DNA of 64,000 bases from Acidimicrobiales bacterium. GTDB lineage: Bacteria > Actinomycetota > Acidimicrobiia > Acidimicrobiales > GCA-2861595. Within the stretch, counting starts at the first letter, position 1. Every line of letters begins with the position of its first letter. Below, one piece after another: positions 44,897-54,730 of this stretch. The notes under the pieces were generated by a model that saw nothing but the letters and a program-made list of their open reading frames with translations, was not told the origin of the DNA and made no database searches. Location: positions 14,010 to 78,009 of the forward strand of contig DATLFN010000146.1 in assembly GCA_035540975.1 (NCBI GenBank), in the 5' to 3' direction. The position numbers and the translations under genes are program-made.

Positions 44897-45942
44897 TGAA
44901 AGTCTGTATCGTCCCCTACGGGGACACGTGGACCCATCAGGGCGGCCACAAGACCCAGCAATTGCGAACGGCGGCGGCGTTGCGGCGGACCGGCGTCCAC
45001 GTGGTGATCGGCGGTGCCGGCCTGGCGACCACACAACCATTCGATGTCGTGCACTTCTTCGGTGACCCCACCGAGTTGACTCGCCTGGGACGTCCCCGCG
45101 GGCGCCTGGTGGTGAGCCCGGTCTACTTTCCGGCGACGGTCCGGCTCGGGCCGGTCAGGCGCAGGGTGGGCAGGGGCGCATCAATCGTGAACCGTCTTTA
45201 CCATGGGCTGAGCCGGGTCCGCCACCCAAAGCTACGGGCTAGCCAATGGGAGCGGTTTCGCGACTCGCTACGGGCGATCGCCACGGCCGACCTCCTCGTG
45301 GTCAACAGCGTCGCCGAAGGGCGCCTTCTCTCCGACGACCTCGGCCGCTACACCCCCGGAACCCCCGTCCCGCCGGTGGCGGTCGTCCACAGCGGCGTCG
45401 AACCGGTTTTCTTCGGTGGGTCGGCCGAGAGGGGGCGCGCCCTGGTCGGCCATGGGGCCTTCGTGCTCTGTGTCGGGCGCCCCGAGCCCATAAAGAACCA
45501 GCTGGCTCTCAGCCACGCCATGCGGGGCGTACCCCGCCGCCTGGTCCTCGTCGGGGAGGTATTACCCGGCAACGGGGCGTTTCTGGACGCCTGCCGGCAC
45601 GCGCTGCCGTCATTGGTCCACATACCGAACCTGTCGCCGGGGCAGCTGGCCGACGTCTACGCCGCGGCGGACGTCCACGTGCTGGCGTCCCACTACGAGA
45701 CGACGGGGCTCAGCACGGCTGAGGCGCTCGCTGCGGGCACGCCGGTCGTGATCGGCAGGGGGCCGTGCGTGGAGGAGTACTTCGCAGACTGCGCCCGAGT
45801 GGTGGACCCCGACAGCCCGAAGGAGATCCGAGCCGCGATCCTGGCGGCCATCGACGCGCCAATGGGTTGCGAAAGCGAGACCGCGAAACGCTATTCCTGG
45901 GACCGGACGGCCCAGGAGCTGCTGGTGGCCTACGGTGGCTGA
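44896..45942 (+). CDS. Glycosyltransferase family 4
   Basis: MKVCIVPYGD...LCVGRPEPIKNQ...ETTGLSTAEALAAGTPVVIG. Confidence 0.8.
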   Translation: MKVCIVPYGDTWTHQGGHKTQQLRTAAALRRTGVHVVIGGAGLATTQPFDVVHFFGDPTELTRLGRPRGRLVVSPVYFPATVRLGPVRRRVGRGASIVNRLYHGLSRVRHPKLRASQWERFRDSLRAIATADLLVVNSVAEGRLLSDDLGRYTPGTPVPPVAVVHSGVEPVFFGGSAERGRALVGHGAFVLCVGRPEPIKNQLALSHAMRGVPRRLVLVGEVLPGNGAFLDACRHALPSLVHIPNLSPGQLADVYAAADVHVLASHYETTGLSTAEALAAGTPVVIGRGPCVEEYFADCARVVDPDSPKEIRAAILAAIDAPMGCESETAKRYSWDRTAQELLVAYGG

Positions 45943-46091
45943 CCCTGTCTCCCCGTCCCCGACGAGGGTGTGACACCGGCGATGGCCGCATCTGCGGCCT
46001 ACGGGCACACGTCGACGTTCCCCCGATTCGGCAACGCTGCGAAGCGGTGTCGACGCGACCCGGCTCGGGCAGAGCCGAGCCGGTGGGTCCG

Positions 46092-47144
46092 ATGAGCCCC
46101 AGCGTCCACTGGGCGTCGCTGGCCACCTCGAGCCCGATGGGCCAGCAGCACTACGAGAGCAAGATCCAAGAGGCGATGCGCCGGTTGGCGTCGGATGGAT
46201 GGCACTTCGCCGGCACCACGGTCGCCTCGCTCCGCGCCGAGATGAATGTTGACGTACGCCTCCCGATGCGGCTTGTCAGTCGGGCTCCGGCGGGGGTGGC
46301 CGCCTTGGCTGGGCGGGCCCTGTACCCACGGGCGGATCTGATGCACCGCTTCGACCTGCGGGTACCGCCGGGGCGTCTACCCGAGGTCGTCACCGTGCAC
46401 GACCTGCCGCCGGCCAGGTTCGCCGACGAGGGTTCCCTCCCGCGGTTCGCAATCCGGAGCGCCCGCCGGGCGGCGGGGGTGATCTGCCCGTCGCGGTTCG
46501 CCGAGGAGGAGATCCGCCAGCTCTGCGGTGTCGAGCGGATATGGGTGATCCCCTACGGGCTGAGCGAGGAATTCCGTCGTCCGTCACCGCTGGCGGAGGC
46601 AGAGCTGGCCGGGCTCGGCGTCACCGGACGCTACGTCGTCCACGCCGCGGGTGCGACCACACGCAAGAACCTCGCCGCGCTCGCCGACGCATGGCGGATG
46701 CTCGCGTCACGACATCCGGATGTGATGCTGGTTCTCTGCGGGCCGCCCGACCGTCGCCGTACAGATCTGTTTTCGGCGCTGCCTCGGGTCGCCATGCCCG
46801 GCAGGCTTCCGCCCCTTACCGTTGCAGGTCTCATGGCTGGCGCCGCGGCAGTGGCGGTGCCCAGCACCTACGAGGGCTTCGGCCTACCGGCCCTGGAGGG
46901 GATGGCCGCCGGCGCTCCGGTCGTGGCGGCCAGGGCCGGGGCACTGCCCGAGGTGTGCGGGGAGGCGGCCCGCCTCGTCGAGCCGACCGGCGAAGGCCTG
47001 GCCGAGGGACTCGACGACGTACTCTCGGACCCCGACGAGGCAGACCGGCTGGCGGCACCGGGACGCGAGCGAGCCATGGCCTTCGACTGGGCCACGGCCG
47101 CGAGAGCCCACCTGCAGGTGTATCAGGAGATCTTGGGATCGTGA
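46092..47144 (+). CDS. Glycosyltransferase family 4
   Basis: Start chosen at ATG 46092 (the ORF opens at 45765). VVTVHDL...YVVHAAGATTRKN...EGFGLPALEGMAAGAPVVAARAGALPEVC. Confidence 0.8.
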   Translation: MSPSVHWASLATSSPMGQQHYESKIQEAMRRLASDGWHFAGTTVASLRAEMNVDVRLPMRLVSRAPAGVAALAGRALYPRADLMHRFDLRVPPGRLPEVVTVHDLPPARFADEGSLPRFAIRSARRAAGVICPSRFAEEEIRQLCGVERIWVIPYGLSEEFRRPSPLAEAELAGLGVTGRYVVHAAGATTRKNLAALADAWRMLASRHPDVMLVLCGPPDRRRTDLFSALPRVAMPGRLPPLTVAGLMAGAAAVAVPSTYEGFGLPALEGMAAGAPVVAARAGALPEVCGEAARLVEPTGEGLAEGLDDVLSDPDEADRLAAPGRERAMAFDWATAARAHLQVYQEILGS

Positions 47145-47361
47145 GGACCAGACACGACGAAGTCGCTATTTCGCCGTTCCATACCCTCGCGTCGGCGCCC
47201 GAGCGGTGCCCGCCGAGGGGGCACCCATGCTGCGCTCGAGCGATCGTTGTACCGCTGGGCCGGTCCAGGTACGCCCGGTCGCGCCTGCCCCGGCCCCCAT
47301 GGTCTCGTGTCGGAGCGGTGGCAACGTTCTCGCTCGCCCTGCATGGTGCCGAGGCTGACTC

Positions 47362-48102
47362 ATGAGGCGACGAGCCCGGCTGATGGCGCTCGGACGCCGA
47401 GCGCTGAGGGCGCGCGGCATCGAGGTCGTGGCGGCCGAGCGGGCGTCCCTGTTGCCGCTGCACCTGTCCCGGCTATTCGCTCAGGAGAAGATCGACCACG
47501 TCCTCGACGTCGGCGCCCAGATCGGTCGTTACGCGGTGTCGCTCCGCGACATGGGCTACAGGGGTGAGATCTGGTCGTTTGAGCCGGTCAGCATCAGCCA
47601 CGAGGTATTGGCGGAGAAGGCTGCCTCCGACCCGCTCTGGCGGGTGTTCAACCTGGCGCTCGGAGCCGAGGCTGGAGAGGCCTCCATCAACGTCGCCATG
47701 GGTTCGGACTTCAGCTCGTTCCTCTCGCCGACCGAGATGGCACTGTCCGCCCCTCATCTGCGAGCGGTAGCCCGGGCGAGAACCGAGAACGTGCGAGTGG
47801 CCACCCTGGACGAGATCTTCGAGCGGGAGCCTGCCCTGCGAGACCGTCGCATCCATCTGAAGCTGGACACGCAGGGCTTCGACCTCGAAGTGCTGGAGGG
47901 CGCGGCGACGCTGATGCCCTTCGTGCGGTCGATGCAGACGGAGGTGTCCCTGCAGCCGGTCTACGAGGGCATGCCGGATTTCACCGAGTCGCTCGCCGTA
48001 GTGGCCAGCCTCGGATTCGCCGTGTCAGGTTTCTTTCCTGTTGCGGTCAATCCTGACCTGTCGGTGATCGAACTCGACTGCGTGGCCGTACGCCGCCGAT
48101 GA
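47362..48102 (+). CDS. FkbM-family methyltransferase
   Basis: VLDVGAQIGRYA...NLALGAEAGEASINV...HLKLDTQGFDLEVLEGA are Methyltransf_21-type blocks. Confidence 0.8.
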   Translation: MRRRARLMALGRRALRARGIEVVAAERASLLPLHLSRLFAQEKIDHVLDVGAQIGRYAVSLRDMGYRGEIWSFEPVSISHEVLAEKAASDPLWRVFNLALGAEAGEASINVAMGSDFSSFLSPTEMALSAPHLRAVARARTENVRVATLDEIFEREPALRDRRIHLKLDTQGFDLEVLEGAATLMPFVRSMQTEVSLQPVYEGMPDFTESLAVVASLGFAVSGFFPVAVNPDLSVIELDCVAVRRR

Positions 48103-48184
48103 CCGGACCGCTGGCGCTGTCGACAGCAGGTGGGACGAGCGGACTGGGCTTCGCCAGGCACGCGGCGCAGGCACGGTAGTTCGG

Positions 48185-49117
48185 GTGACCCCGATGGAAC
48201 CCGTCGTCGCGGCGGTCATACCCGCGTACAACCCCGGTCCCTTCCTCGCTGAAGCGCTCCGTTCCGTGGTTGCGCAGGACTACCAGGCCTGGGAATGCGT
48301 GGTCGTCGATGACGGTTCCTCCGAGGACCTCTCGTGGGTGGACCGGGAGGACCCGCGGATCTGCCGCCTTTCCCGACCCAACCGGGGCCCGGCCGCGGCG
48401 AGGAACGCCGGAGTCGCGGCCACCGCTGGCAGGTATGTCGCCTTCCTCGATGCAGATGACGCCTGGAGGGAGGACAAGCTGGCTCGTCAGGTGGCGGTGT
48501 TGGAGGCGGAGCCCAGTTCCGTGCTGTGCCATACCGGCGCCGAGCTCATCGACAGCCGTAGCGGTGTCATCGGCCGCTGGCCGTACGCACGCAGGATCGA
48601 TGGCTACGCCGACCTCTTCCTCGGGAACGGGGTCGCGGTCTCCAGCGCGATGGTGCGCCGAGCCAGCCTGATCGAGGCGGGTGGGTGGAACGTGTTCCAG
48701 CGGACGGCCGAGGACCTCGACCTCTGGCTTCGCCTGAGCATGCTCGGAGGCTTCGCCTACGACGACAACCCACTCGCCCGGTATCGTCGGCACGGCGGCA
48801 ACGTGTCGGGGAATGCTGTCCTCATGGCGGCCGGGGTCGACTCCGTCCTGCGCCAGCACGAGGAGCTCGCCCGTCGGCGTGGCGACAAGGTGCTGGAAAG
48901 ATCGGTTCGAGCGGCGCGCCGGGCGGCCCAACTGGGCTGGGGCGCGTCCGCATTCGACCAGGCGCGTGGGGCCCTCGGCGACCATGAAGCGGGCCTGTTC
49001 GTGCGCCGATGGAGCGAGGCGCTCCGGCTCAACCCCCGCTACACGCTGCGTGCGACAGGACGCTACCTCCTGCGTCGAGGTCGCCACTCAGATCCTCGCG
49101 TTTCAATTCGACCATGA
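48185..49117 (+). CDS. Glycosyltransferase family 2
   Basis: VAAVIPAYNPGPFLAEALRSVVAQDY...VVVDDGSSED...VAFLDADDAW...EDLDLWLRL. Confidence 0.85.
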   Translation: MTPMEPVVAAVIPAYNPGPFLAEALRSVVAQDYQAWECVVVDDGSSEDLSWVDREDPRICRLSRPNRGPAAARNAGVAATAGRYVAFLDADDAWREDKLARQVAVLEAEPSSVLCHTGAELIDSRSGVIGRWPYARRIDGYADLFLGNGVAVSSAMVRRASLIEAGGWNVFQRTAEDLDLWLRLSMLGGFAYDDNPLARYRRHGGNVSGNAVLMAAGVDSVLRQHEELARRRGDKVLERSVRAARRAAQLGWGASAFDQARGALGDHEAGLFVRRWSEALRLNPRYTLRATGRYLLRRGRHSDPRVSIRP

Positions 49118-49249
49118 GGATCCACGAATCGGGATGTAGCAGCCTGTCTTGAATGACGAGGTTCACACAACTCAAAGCGGCCGTGATGGCCAAAGAAGGA
49201 TGCGGTTACCGGCAACGAGGCAGCTGCACCTGGGGGTAAGAGATAAGCG

Positions 49250-49690
49250 GCTATCGACCTGCACAAGAAGACGCTGACCGCTAGTGTTCGACTGACGCGG
49301 GAAGGTGGCCACCGAGACGTTCAAGGGGTCCTCCCTCGGCACCCGGTCGTTGAGGACTGGGTGACTGAGAGGCTCCGGCCAGATTGAAAGAGCCCGCTTC
49401 CTTGGCTGGCACATCGCGCTGTCTTGAACGAGCGGGCCCACGGCGGATGTCCAACCCGCACGGCCGACCATTCACGGCGCCGGCGACAGGCAGAGATCGA
49501 CGCCCACTCGGTGCGCACCGCTCGAGAGGCCCAAATCGATCCGCATCTGCCACGGAGGCCCATTAACGCGCGGGGCGACACCGGATCGGACGGGGGTCTT
49601 TTTCAGGTCCTGGTGGGACCGCGTCAAGGCGCTCTTGGTCAACCATAACCAGGTCAAGCACGCCCGCTCGGGTGCTGGTTCTGGCAGGCT
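49250..49690 (+). pseudogene. Possible IS110-family transposase N-terminal remnant (multiple frameshifts)
   Basis: AIDLHKKTLTASVRL (cf. the IS110 GIDxHKxT start) and later LLVNHNQVKH (cf. LVNArxVK), scattered over three frames in a lower-GC, otherwise non-coding gap inside the cluster. Confidence 0.3.
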
Positions 49691-49696
49691 AGGACG

Positions 49697-50515
49697 GTGG
49701 ACCTCGAGAAAGTGCTCCGAGCCAAGCTGCCCCCGCCGGCCTACGCTGGGGCGCGGATGGCGTACAGGTGGCGACGGAGTGCTGTACGCGCTCGCCGACA
49801 ACACCGGCTCGACCTGGCGGCGAGCCGCGCCGTCGCGGAGGCTGCCGTATGGAGGGTGCAGCGCGGCCCGTTCAAGGGGCTTCGCTACGTCGAGGCATAT
49901 GGTGATCTTGGCGCGAAGATTCTTGGTTCCTACGAGCAGGAGCTTCACCCGACAATCGAGCAGTTGATCGCGGTTGGGTACGACAACATCGTCAACGTAG
50001 GTGCAGCCGAGGGTTATTACGCCGTCGGGCTCGCCTGGCGGGTACCCGCAGCCAATGTCATCGCCTACGAGATCAGTGAGAAGGGACGGGTTCTCTGCGC
50101 CGAGCTGGCTTTGCTGAACGGGGTGACGGTGGAGGTCCGCGGGGAGTTCACCCTCGCTGAGCTCAAGCTCATACCGGCTGGTCGGACGCTGGTCATCATG
50201 GACATCGAGGGCGGAGAACTTGCGTTACTCGACCCGGACCTCGAGCCGCGGCTGCTCGACGCCGACCATCTCGTGGAACTGCACGACTTCATCGATCCGA
50301 CGATCAAGCCGACGCTTCTGCGCCGCTTCGGCGCTACGCACGATTGCCGCATCCAGCGCACAGCAGATCGTTGCGCGAATGACTATGCCGAACTGACTGT
50401 CTCGACTAGGCGGGTTTTGAACGAGCACCGTCCAGGCCCCATGGAGTGGGCCATGATGAGCCGCCACTCGTACGATCGATCCGGCCGAAACCAGAGGGGC
50501 CCAGCCGGGACCTGA
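49697..50515 (+). CDS. Putative SAM-dependent methyltransferase-like protein (atypical composition)
   Basis: GSYEQELHPTIEQLI...NIVNVGAAEGYYAVGLA...VIAYEISEKG...LVIMDIEGGELALL resembles FkbM/class I MTase motif I and post-I. Codon usage is less GC3-biased. Start uncertain. Confidence 0.55.
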   Translation: MDLEKVLRAKLPPPAYAGARMAYRWRRSAVRARRQHRLDLAASRAVAEAAVWRVQRGPFKGLRYVEAYGDLGAKILGSYEQELHPTIEQLIAVGYDNIVNVGAAEGYYAVGLAWRVPAANVIAYEISEKGRVLCAELALLNGVTVEVRGEFTLAELKLIPAGRTLVIMDIEGGELALLDPDLEPRLLDADHLVELHDFIDPTIKPTLLRRFGATHDCRIQRTADRCANDYAELTVSTRRVLNEHRPGPMEWAMMSRHSYDRSGRNQRGPAGT

Positions 50516-50585
50516 AGATTGTGACTGCAGCTGTCTGACAGACACGGCCTCGGGCGCCCACGCACTTCCTCTGGTATCCGCCCGC

Positions 50586-51299
50586 TCACGCCCCCGTGCG
50601 CTGGAGGACGACGGGGACGGTACAAGCGAGCAGGACCAGGTCCCCGCCGAACGACCGGTTTTCGACGTAGTCGAGGTCCAGCGACACGTAGTCCTCGAAC
50701 GAGGAGCTGTGGCGGCCGGACACCTGCCAGGGGCCGGTGATGCCCGGCTTGGCCGACAGGCGCCCGGCGGTGCGCGCGTCGTAGGTGGCCACCTCCGACG
50801 GCAGGGCCGGACGGGGCCCGACCAGGCTCATGTCACCCGCCACCACGTTGAGCAACTGGGGCAGCTCGTCCAGGCTGAGTTTGCGCAGCCAGCGCCCGAC
50901 TCCGGTCACCCGGGGGTCGTTCTCGAGCTTGAACAGCGGCCCGTCAGCCTCGTTGGCCGGCTGCAGCAGGTCCCGTAGGGCGTCGGCGCCCACGACCATG
51001 GAACGGAACTTGAGGATCACGAACACCCGCCCGTCGAGGCCGACCCTGCGCTGCCGGTAGAGAACCGCGCCAGGACTGTCGATGCAGACGAACAGAGCGA
51101 TGAGGAGCAGGAGCGGTACGGCAGCGACGAGGACGACGGTGGCGACGACCACGTCGAAGACGCGCTTGGCCGCCAGGCCCAGCCGCCGGTCGCCTCCAAT
51201 TGCCCGGGAGCGGTTGGTGTGGTCCCCGAGCCGACTGCCGCGGGGCATGCCACGCCGCTCGGCGGAGCGCGGGGCAAGAGGCAGAGCGGCGGGGGGCAT
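50586..51299 (-). CDS. Initiating phosphoglycosyl transferase (bacterial sugar transferase, small WbaP/EpsL type)
   Basis: KRVFDVVVATVVLVAAVPLLLLIAL (TM), VLYRQRRVG, ILKFRSM, DELPQLLNVVAGDMSLVGPRP, KPGITGPWQVSGR. Confidence 0.9.
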   Translation of the reverse strand: MPPAALPLAPRSAERRGMPRGSRLGDHTNRSRAIGGDRRLGLAAKRVFDVVVATVVLVAAVPLLLLIALFVCIDSPGAVLYRQRRVGLDGRVFVILKFRSMVVGADALRDLLQPANEADGPLFKLENDPRVTGVGRWLRKLSLDELPQLLNVVAGDMSLVGPRPALPSEVATYDARTAGRLSAKPGITGPWQVSGRHSSSFEDYVSLDLDYVENRSFGGDLVLLACTVPVVLQRTGA

Positions 51300-51461
51300 G
51301 ACCTACGCATCGGAGGCTGCCTAAATCAACTTGAACAACAGCGGCACACTTCTCGATCCGAGCATGACAGCAGAGACGGGCGAAGCCTGCATACGACTCA
51401 AGAGCGGCGAGGTACGCACCGATAAACACCTCTGCGCCCCGTTCAGGCGGCCGCCCCTCCC

Positions 51462-53348
51462 TTGATGACCGCACCGCCCCTTCCGCGCCCCGCTCCCCGT
51501 CGCCGACGCGCCCGTGCCCGCCTGGTGTGGGCCCTCCTACTGGTCACCGCGTCGGCCACGCTGGCCGCTGCCGGTGCCGGCAAGGCCCTGTGGTCGGCGC
51601 GCCCGTCCCTTGCCACCGCCGCCGGGGCCGCCGAAGCGGGGCTGGCCGCCGCCAGGTCGGGCGACCGGGAGGGTGCCGAGCAGGCGCTGGGTGCCGCCGA
51701 AGCGGCCTTCGGGCGTGGCCGGGTTGCCCTGGATGCCTGGTACGCCCGGCCGGCGCTGGCCGTTCCCGTCGTCGCCCAGCAGCTGCGGGCGGCACGGGCG
51801 GTGGCCAGAGCCGGACAGGAGACCGCAGCCGAGGCCCGGGTCGTCGCCGGGGCCGATGCCGCCGGCATCCGGGTCCAGGCCGGGCGTCTCGACCTCGACC
51901 GCGTCAAAGCGGTCGAGGCGCCTCTGGCCGCCCTAGCCGCCACCCTCGGACGTGAGCACGCCCGGGTGGGCGCGGCTCGCTCGCCGTGGCTGCTGCCTCC
52001 CCTGGCCAATGCTGTCGACCGGACCGAGGCTCGCCTGGCCTCGGCCCATCGTGACGCGGACCGGGCCGCCGGGGCCGCTCAGCTGGCTTCTGCGCTGCTC
52101 GGTGGGCATGGCCCACGCCGTTGGTTCCTGGCCGTTCAGAACCCCGCCGAAGCCCGTGCTGCGGGAGGCATCATCGGCAACTACGGCGTGCTGGTGGCGG
52201 AGAACGGCCGCCTGCGTATCGAACGGTTCGGTCGCACCTCGGAGCTCAACGATGCCGCCTCGGCGGCCGAGCCCACACTCGAGGGGCCGGCGGACTTCCG
52301 GGCCCGCTACGCCCGCTTCGCCCCTGAGCGGGTGTGGCAGAACGTGACGATGTCGCCCCACTTCCCGTCGGTGGCCGAGGCGGCCGAGGGTCTCTATCGT
52401 CGCCAGGGCGGCGGGGTGGTCGACGGCGTGGTGAGCGTCGACCCCGCCGGCTTGGCCGCCCTCCTCGCCCTCACCGGGCCGGTGGCGGTGCCCGGCTGGC
52501 CCGAGCCGCTCAGCGCCGCCAACGCCGTTTCGGTCCTGCTCCACGACCACTACCTCCGCTTCGAGGGCGACGAACGCGTCAGGTTCCTTGGCATCGCCGC
52601 CGAGGCGGTGTGGTCTCGTCTGGCCGCCGCCGACATGCCCCCCATGCCTGTCGTCGTCAGCGGCCTGGCCCCTGCGGTGGCCGGCAAGCACATCCTGCTC
52701 CACAGCACCCGCCCCGCCGAGCAGCGGGCCCTGAGCCGCCTGGGCGCGGCCGGCGCCCTGCAGCCCGTGCGGAGCGACGCCTTCGGCCTGGTGACCCAGA
52801 ACGCAGGCGCTAACAAGGTCGACTGGTTCCTCCGGCGCTCGATCTCGTACCGTGCCCGCTTCGACCCGACCAGCGGCCAGATGGACGCAGTGGCCGACAT
52901 TCACCTCGAGAACCGGGCGCCGGCCAGCGGCCTCCCCGCCTACGTGCTGGGAGGGCCCGGCGCCGGCCCCGGCCCGCCCGGCGACAACCGCGTCTACCTG
53001 TCGGTGTACACACCACTGCGCGCACGCGCCGCCACCGCCGACGGGCAGGTCGTCCCGCTCGAGGTCGGGAGGGAGCGGGGCCGCAACGTGTACTCGGCAT
53101 ACGTCACCGTTCCGCCGGGCGCCACGCTGGCGGTGCGCATCACGCTGGAAGGCGAGGTGGCCCCCGGCCCCTACCGCCTCGACATCCTCCGCCAGCCGAT
53201 GGTGGAGCCCGACCGCGTAAAGGTCGAGGTGCGCTCCAGACCCACCGGGAGTTCCTCCCGGCCCACCCCAGACGGAGGTCCCATGATCATCGACGAACTC
53301 CTGCGGCTCGACGCCGACACGGTGCTCACCGCGAAGGACGGCCGATGA
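51462..53348 (+). CDS. DUF4012-like membrane-anchored protein common in actinobacterial glycan clusters
   Basis: N-terminal TM. Block RRWFLAVQNPAEARAAGGIIGNYGVLVAENGRL matches my memory of the DUF4012 signature (QN.AE.R..GG..G). Confidence 0.75.
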   Translation: MMTAPPLPRPAPRRRRARARLVWALLLVTASATLAAAGAGKALWSARPSLATAAGAAEAGLAAARSGDREGAEQALGAAEAAFGRGRVALDAWYARPALAVPVVAQQLRAARAVARAGQETAAEARVVAGADAAGIRVQAGRLDLDRVKAVEAPLAALAATLGREHARVGAARSPWLLPPLANAVDRTEARLASAHRDADRAAGAAQLASALLGGHGPRRWFLAVQNPAEARAAGGIIGNYGVLVAENGRLRIERFGRTSELNDAASAAEPTLEGPADFRARYARFAPERVWQNVTMSPHFPSVAEAAEGLYRRQGGGVVDGVVSVDPAGLAALLALTGPVAVPGWPEPLSAANAVSVLLHDHYLRFEGDERVRFLGIAAEAVWSRLAAADMPPMPVVVSGLAPAVAGKHILLHSTRPAEQRALSRLGAAGALQPVRSDAFGLVTQNAGANKVDWFLRRSISYRARFDPTSGQMDAVADIHLENRAPASGLPAYVLGGPGAGPGPPGDNRVYLSVYTPLRARAATADGQVVPLEVGRERGRNVYSAYVTVPPGATLAVRITLEGEVAPGPYRLDILRQPMVEPDRVKVEVRSRPTGSSSRPTPDGGPMIIDELLRLDADTVLTAKDGR

Positions 53349-53998
53349 CTGCTCGCCGAGTGCTCACCACGCTGGTTGGCCTCGCTGCGGTGCTGATGCT
53401 CGCGTCCCCGGCTGCCGCCCAGTACCCGCCGTCGGACCAGCAGCTGACCGTGACCGACGCCTCCCCTGAGCCTGGTCAGGAGGTCCAGGTCGCCGGAGAC
53501 GGCTTCATGCCGGGGAGCACGGTGTCGATCTACTTCGAGTCGGTCCCGGTGCTGCTGGCCACCGCGACCGTGGACCAGCAGGGCCACTTCGCGGTGTGGG
53601 TGCGCATCCCCCGCGATGCCGAGCAAGGCTGGCACCTCTTCCGGGTCAAGGGCACCGGGACCGACGGCCGCCCTCGCGAGCTGACCATCCCCATCTACGT
53701 GTCCGCCGCATCGGGATCGACCGGTCAGCGGGCTCCGGCCGTCGCTAAATCGTCGCCGCGAACAGCAGTCGGCGTCGCGGCGATCCTCGTGGCCGGCTTG
53801 ATCGCCCTGACGCTGGTCTCCCGGCACCGTCGCCGGGCCCACCTCCAGCCGGCACCGGCCCCGTCGGCTCTGTCGCGACCGGATCCCACGAACCCCTCCG
53901 GCGCCACTGCTGACGACCGCTGGGGCCTCGGGAGAAGGGCGCACGGCCACACGGACCGCGAGCAGGCCGACGAGCAGGTGGAGGTCGAGCCCTCATGA
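53345..53998 (+). CDS. Secreted Ig-like protein with C-terminal TM anchor
   Basis: 4-nt overlap with the upstream gene. Signal peptide LVGLAAVLMLASPAAAQ. Beta-sandwich-like LTVTDASPEPGQEVQVAGDGFMPGSTVSIYF. TM AVGVAAILVAGLIALTLV plus RHRRR. Confidence 0.6.
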   Translation: MTARRVLTTLVGLAAVLMLASPAAAQYPPSDQQLTVTDASPEPGQEVQVAGDGFMPGSTVSIYFESVPVLLATATVDQQGHFAVWVRIPRDAEQGWHLFRVKGTGTDGRPRELTIPIYVSAASGSTGQRAPAVAKSSPRTAVGVAAILVAGLIALTLVSRHRRRAHLQPAPAPSALSRPDPTNPSGATADDRWGLGRRAHGHTDREQADEQVEVEPS

Positions 53999-54166
53999 GG
54001 GAACCTCAGCAGCGGTGACGGGAACGACGTTCCCGGAGCGGACCAGGGGTGATGACCCCGGAGGAGCCGCCATCTGGCGCCGGCCCGGCCATGACTGTCG
54101 GAGGCGTGGCCAAGCCCCGCGGCGGTCGAGCGCCGTGGCTGTAGCTCGACCTACCCGTCCAGTCCG

Positions 54167-54600
54167 ATGCAGCGTTCGCGGGGGAGGGGCAGTGACCGGC
54201 ATGCGGTGGTGATCGCAGGAGGCGGCCCGACCGGGCTGATGTTGGCGTGCGAGCTGGCGTTGGCGGGGATCGACGTCGTCATCGTCGAACGATGCGCCAG
54301 TCAGGGCGTCGACGGATCACGAGCCGGGGGTCTTCACTCCCCGCCCCATCAAGGTGCTCGATCAGCGTGGCATCGTGGAACCATTCTCTCGGGGGGCAAG
54401 AACAGCCGAGCGTGAGCTACTCCATGGTCCTTGGACATCAGCGACTTCTTCACCCGCCACAACTACTTGCTCGCGCTCTGGCAGAGCCGACTTCGAGCCC
54501 TCTTGGCCGGCTGGGTCGGTGAGCTAGGGATTCCGACCCCCCGGGCTGCGGGGTGGTGGCCTTCGCTCAGGACGACACCGGCGCGTGTCCCAACATCCGG
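54167..54600 (+). pseudogene. FAD-dependent monooxygenase remnant (frameshifted and 3'-truncated)
   Basis: VVIAGGGPTGLMLACELALAGIDVVIVER (GxGxxG) in one frame. LDISDFFTRHNYLLALWQS...LAGWVGELGIP is in a second frame and VVAFAQDDTG in a third. It ends about 130 nt before attR. Confidence 0.6.
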
Positions 54601-54730
54601 CCCAACAAACTCGTCCGGCGATGTCCGCCAACGTCCTTGACCTCTCTGGTGGAATCTCACAATGTCCTTTTCCCACATGGGTTCTGCGACACCAGGGGAG
54701 CGGCGAGGAGCGCTCGCAGCGGCTCAGATC

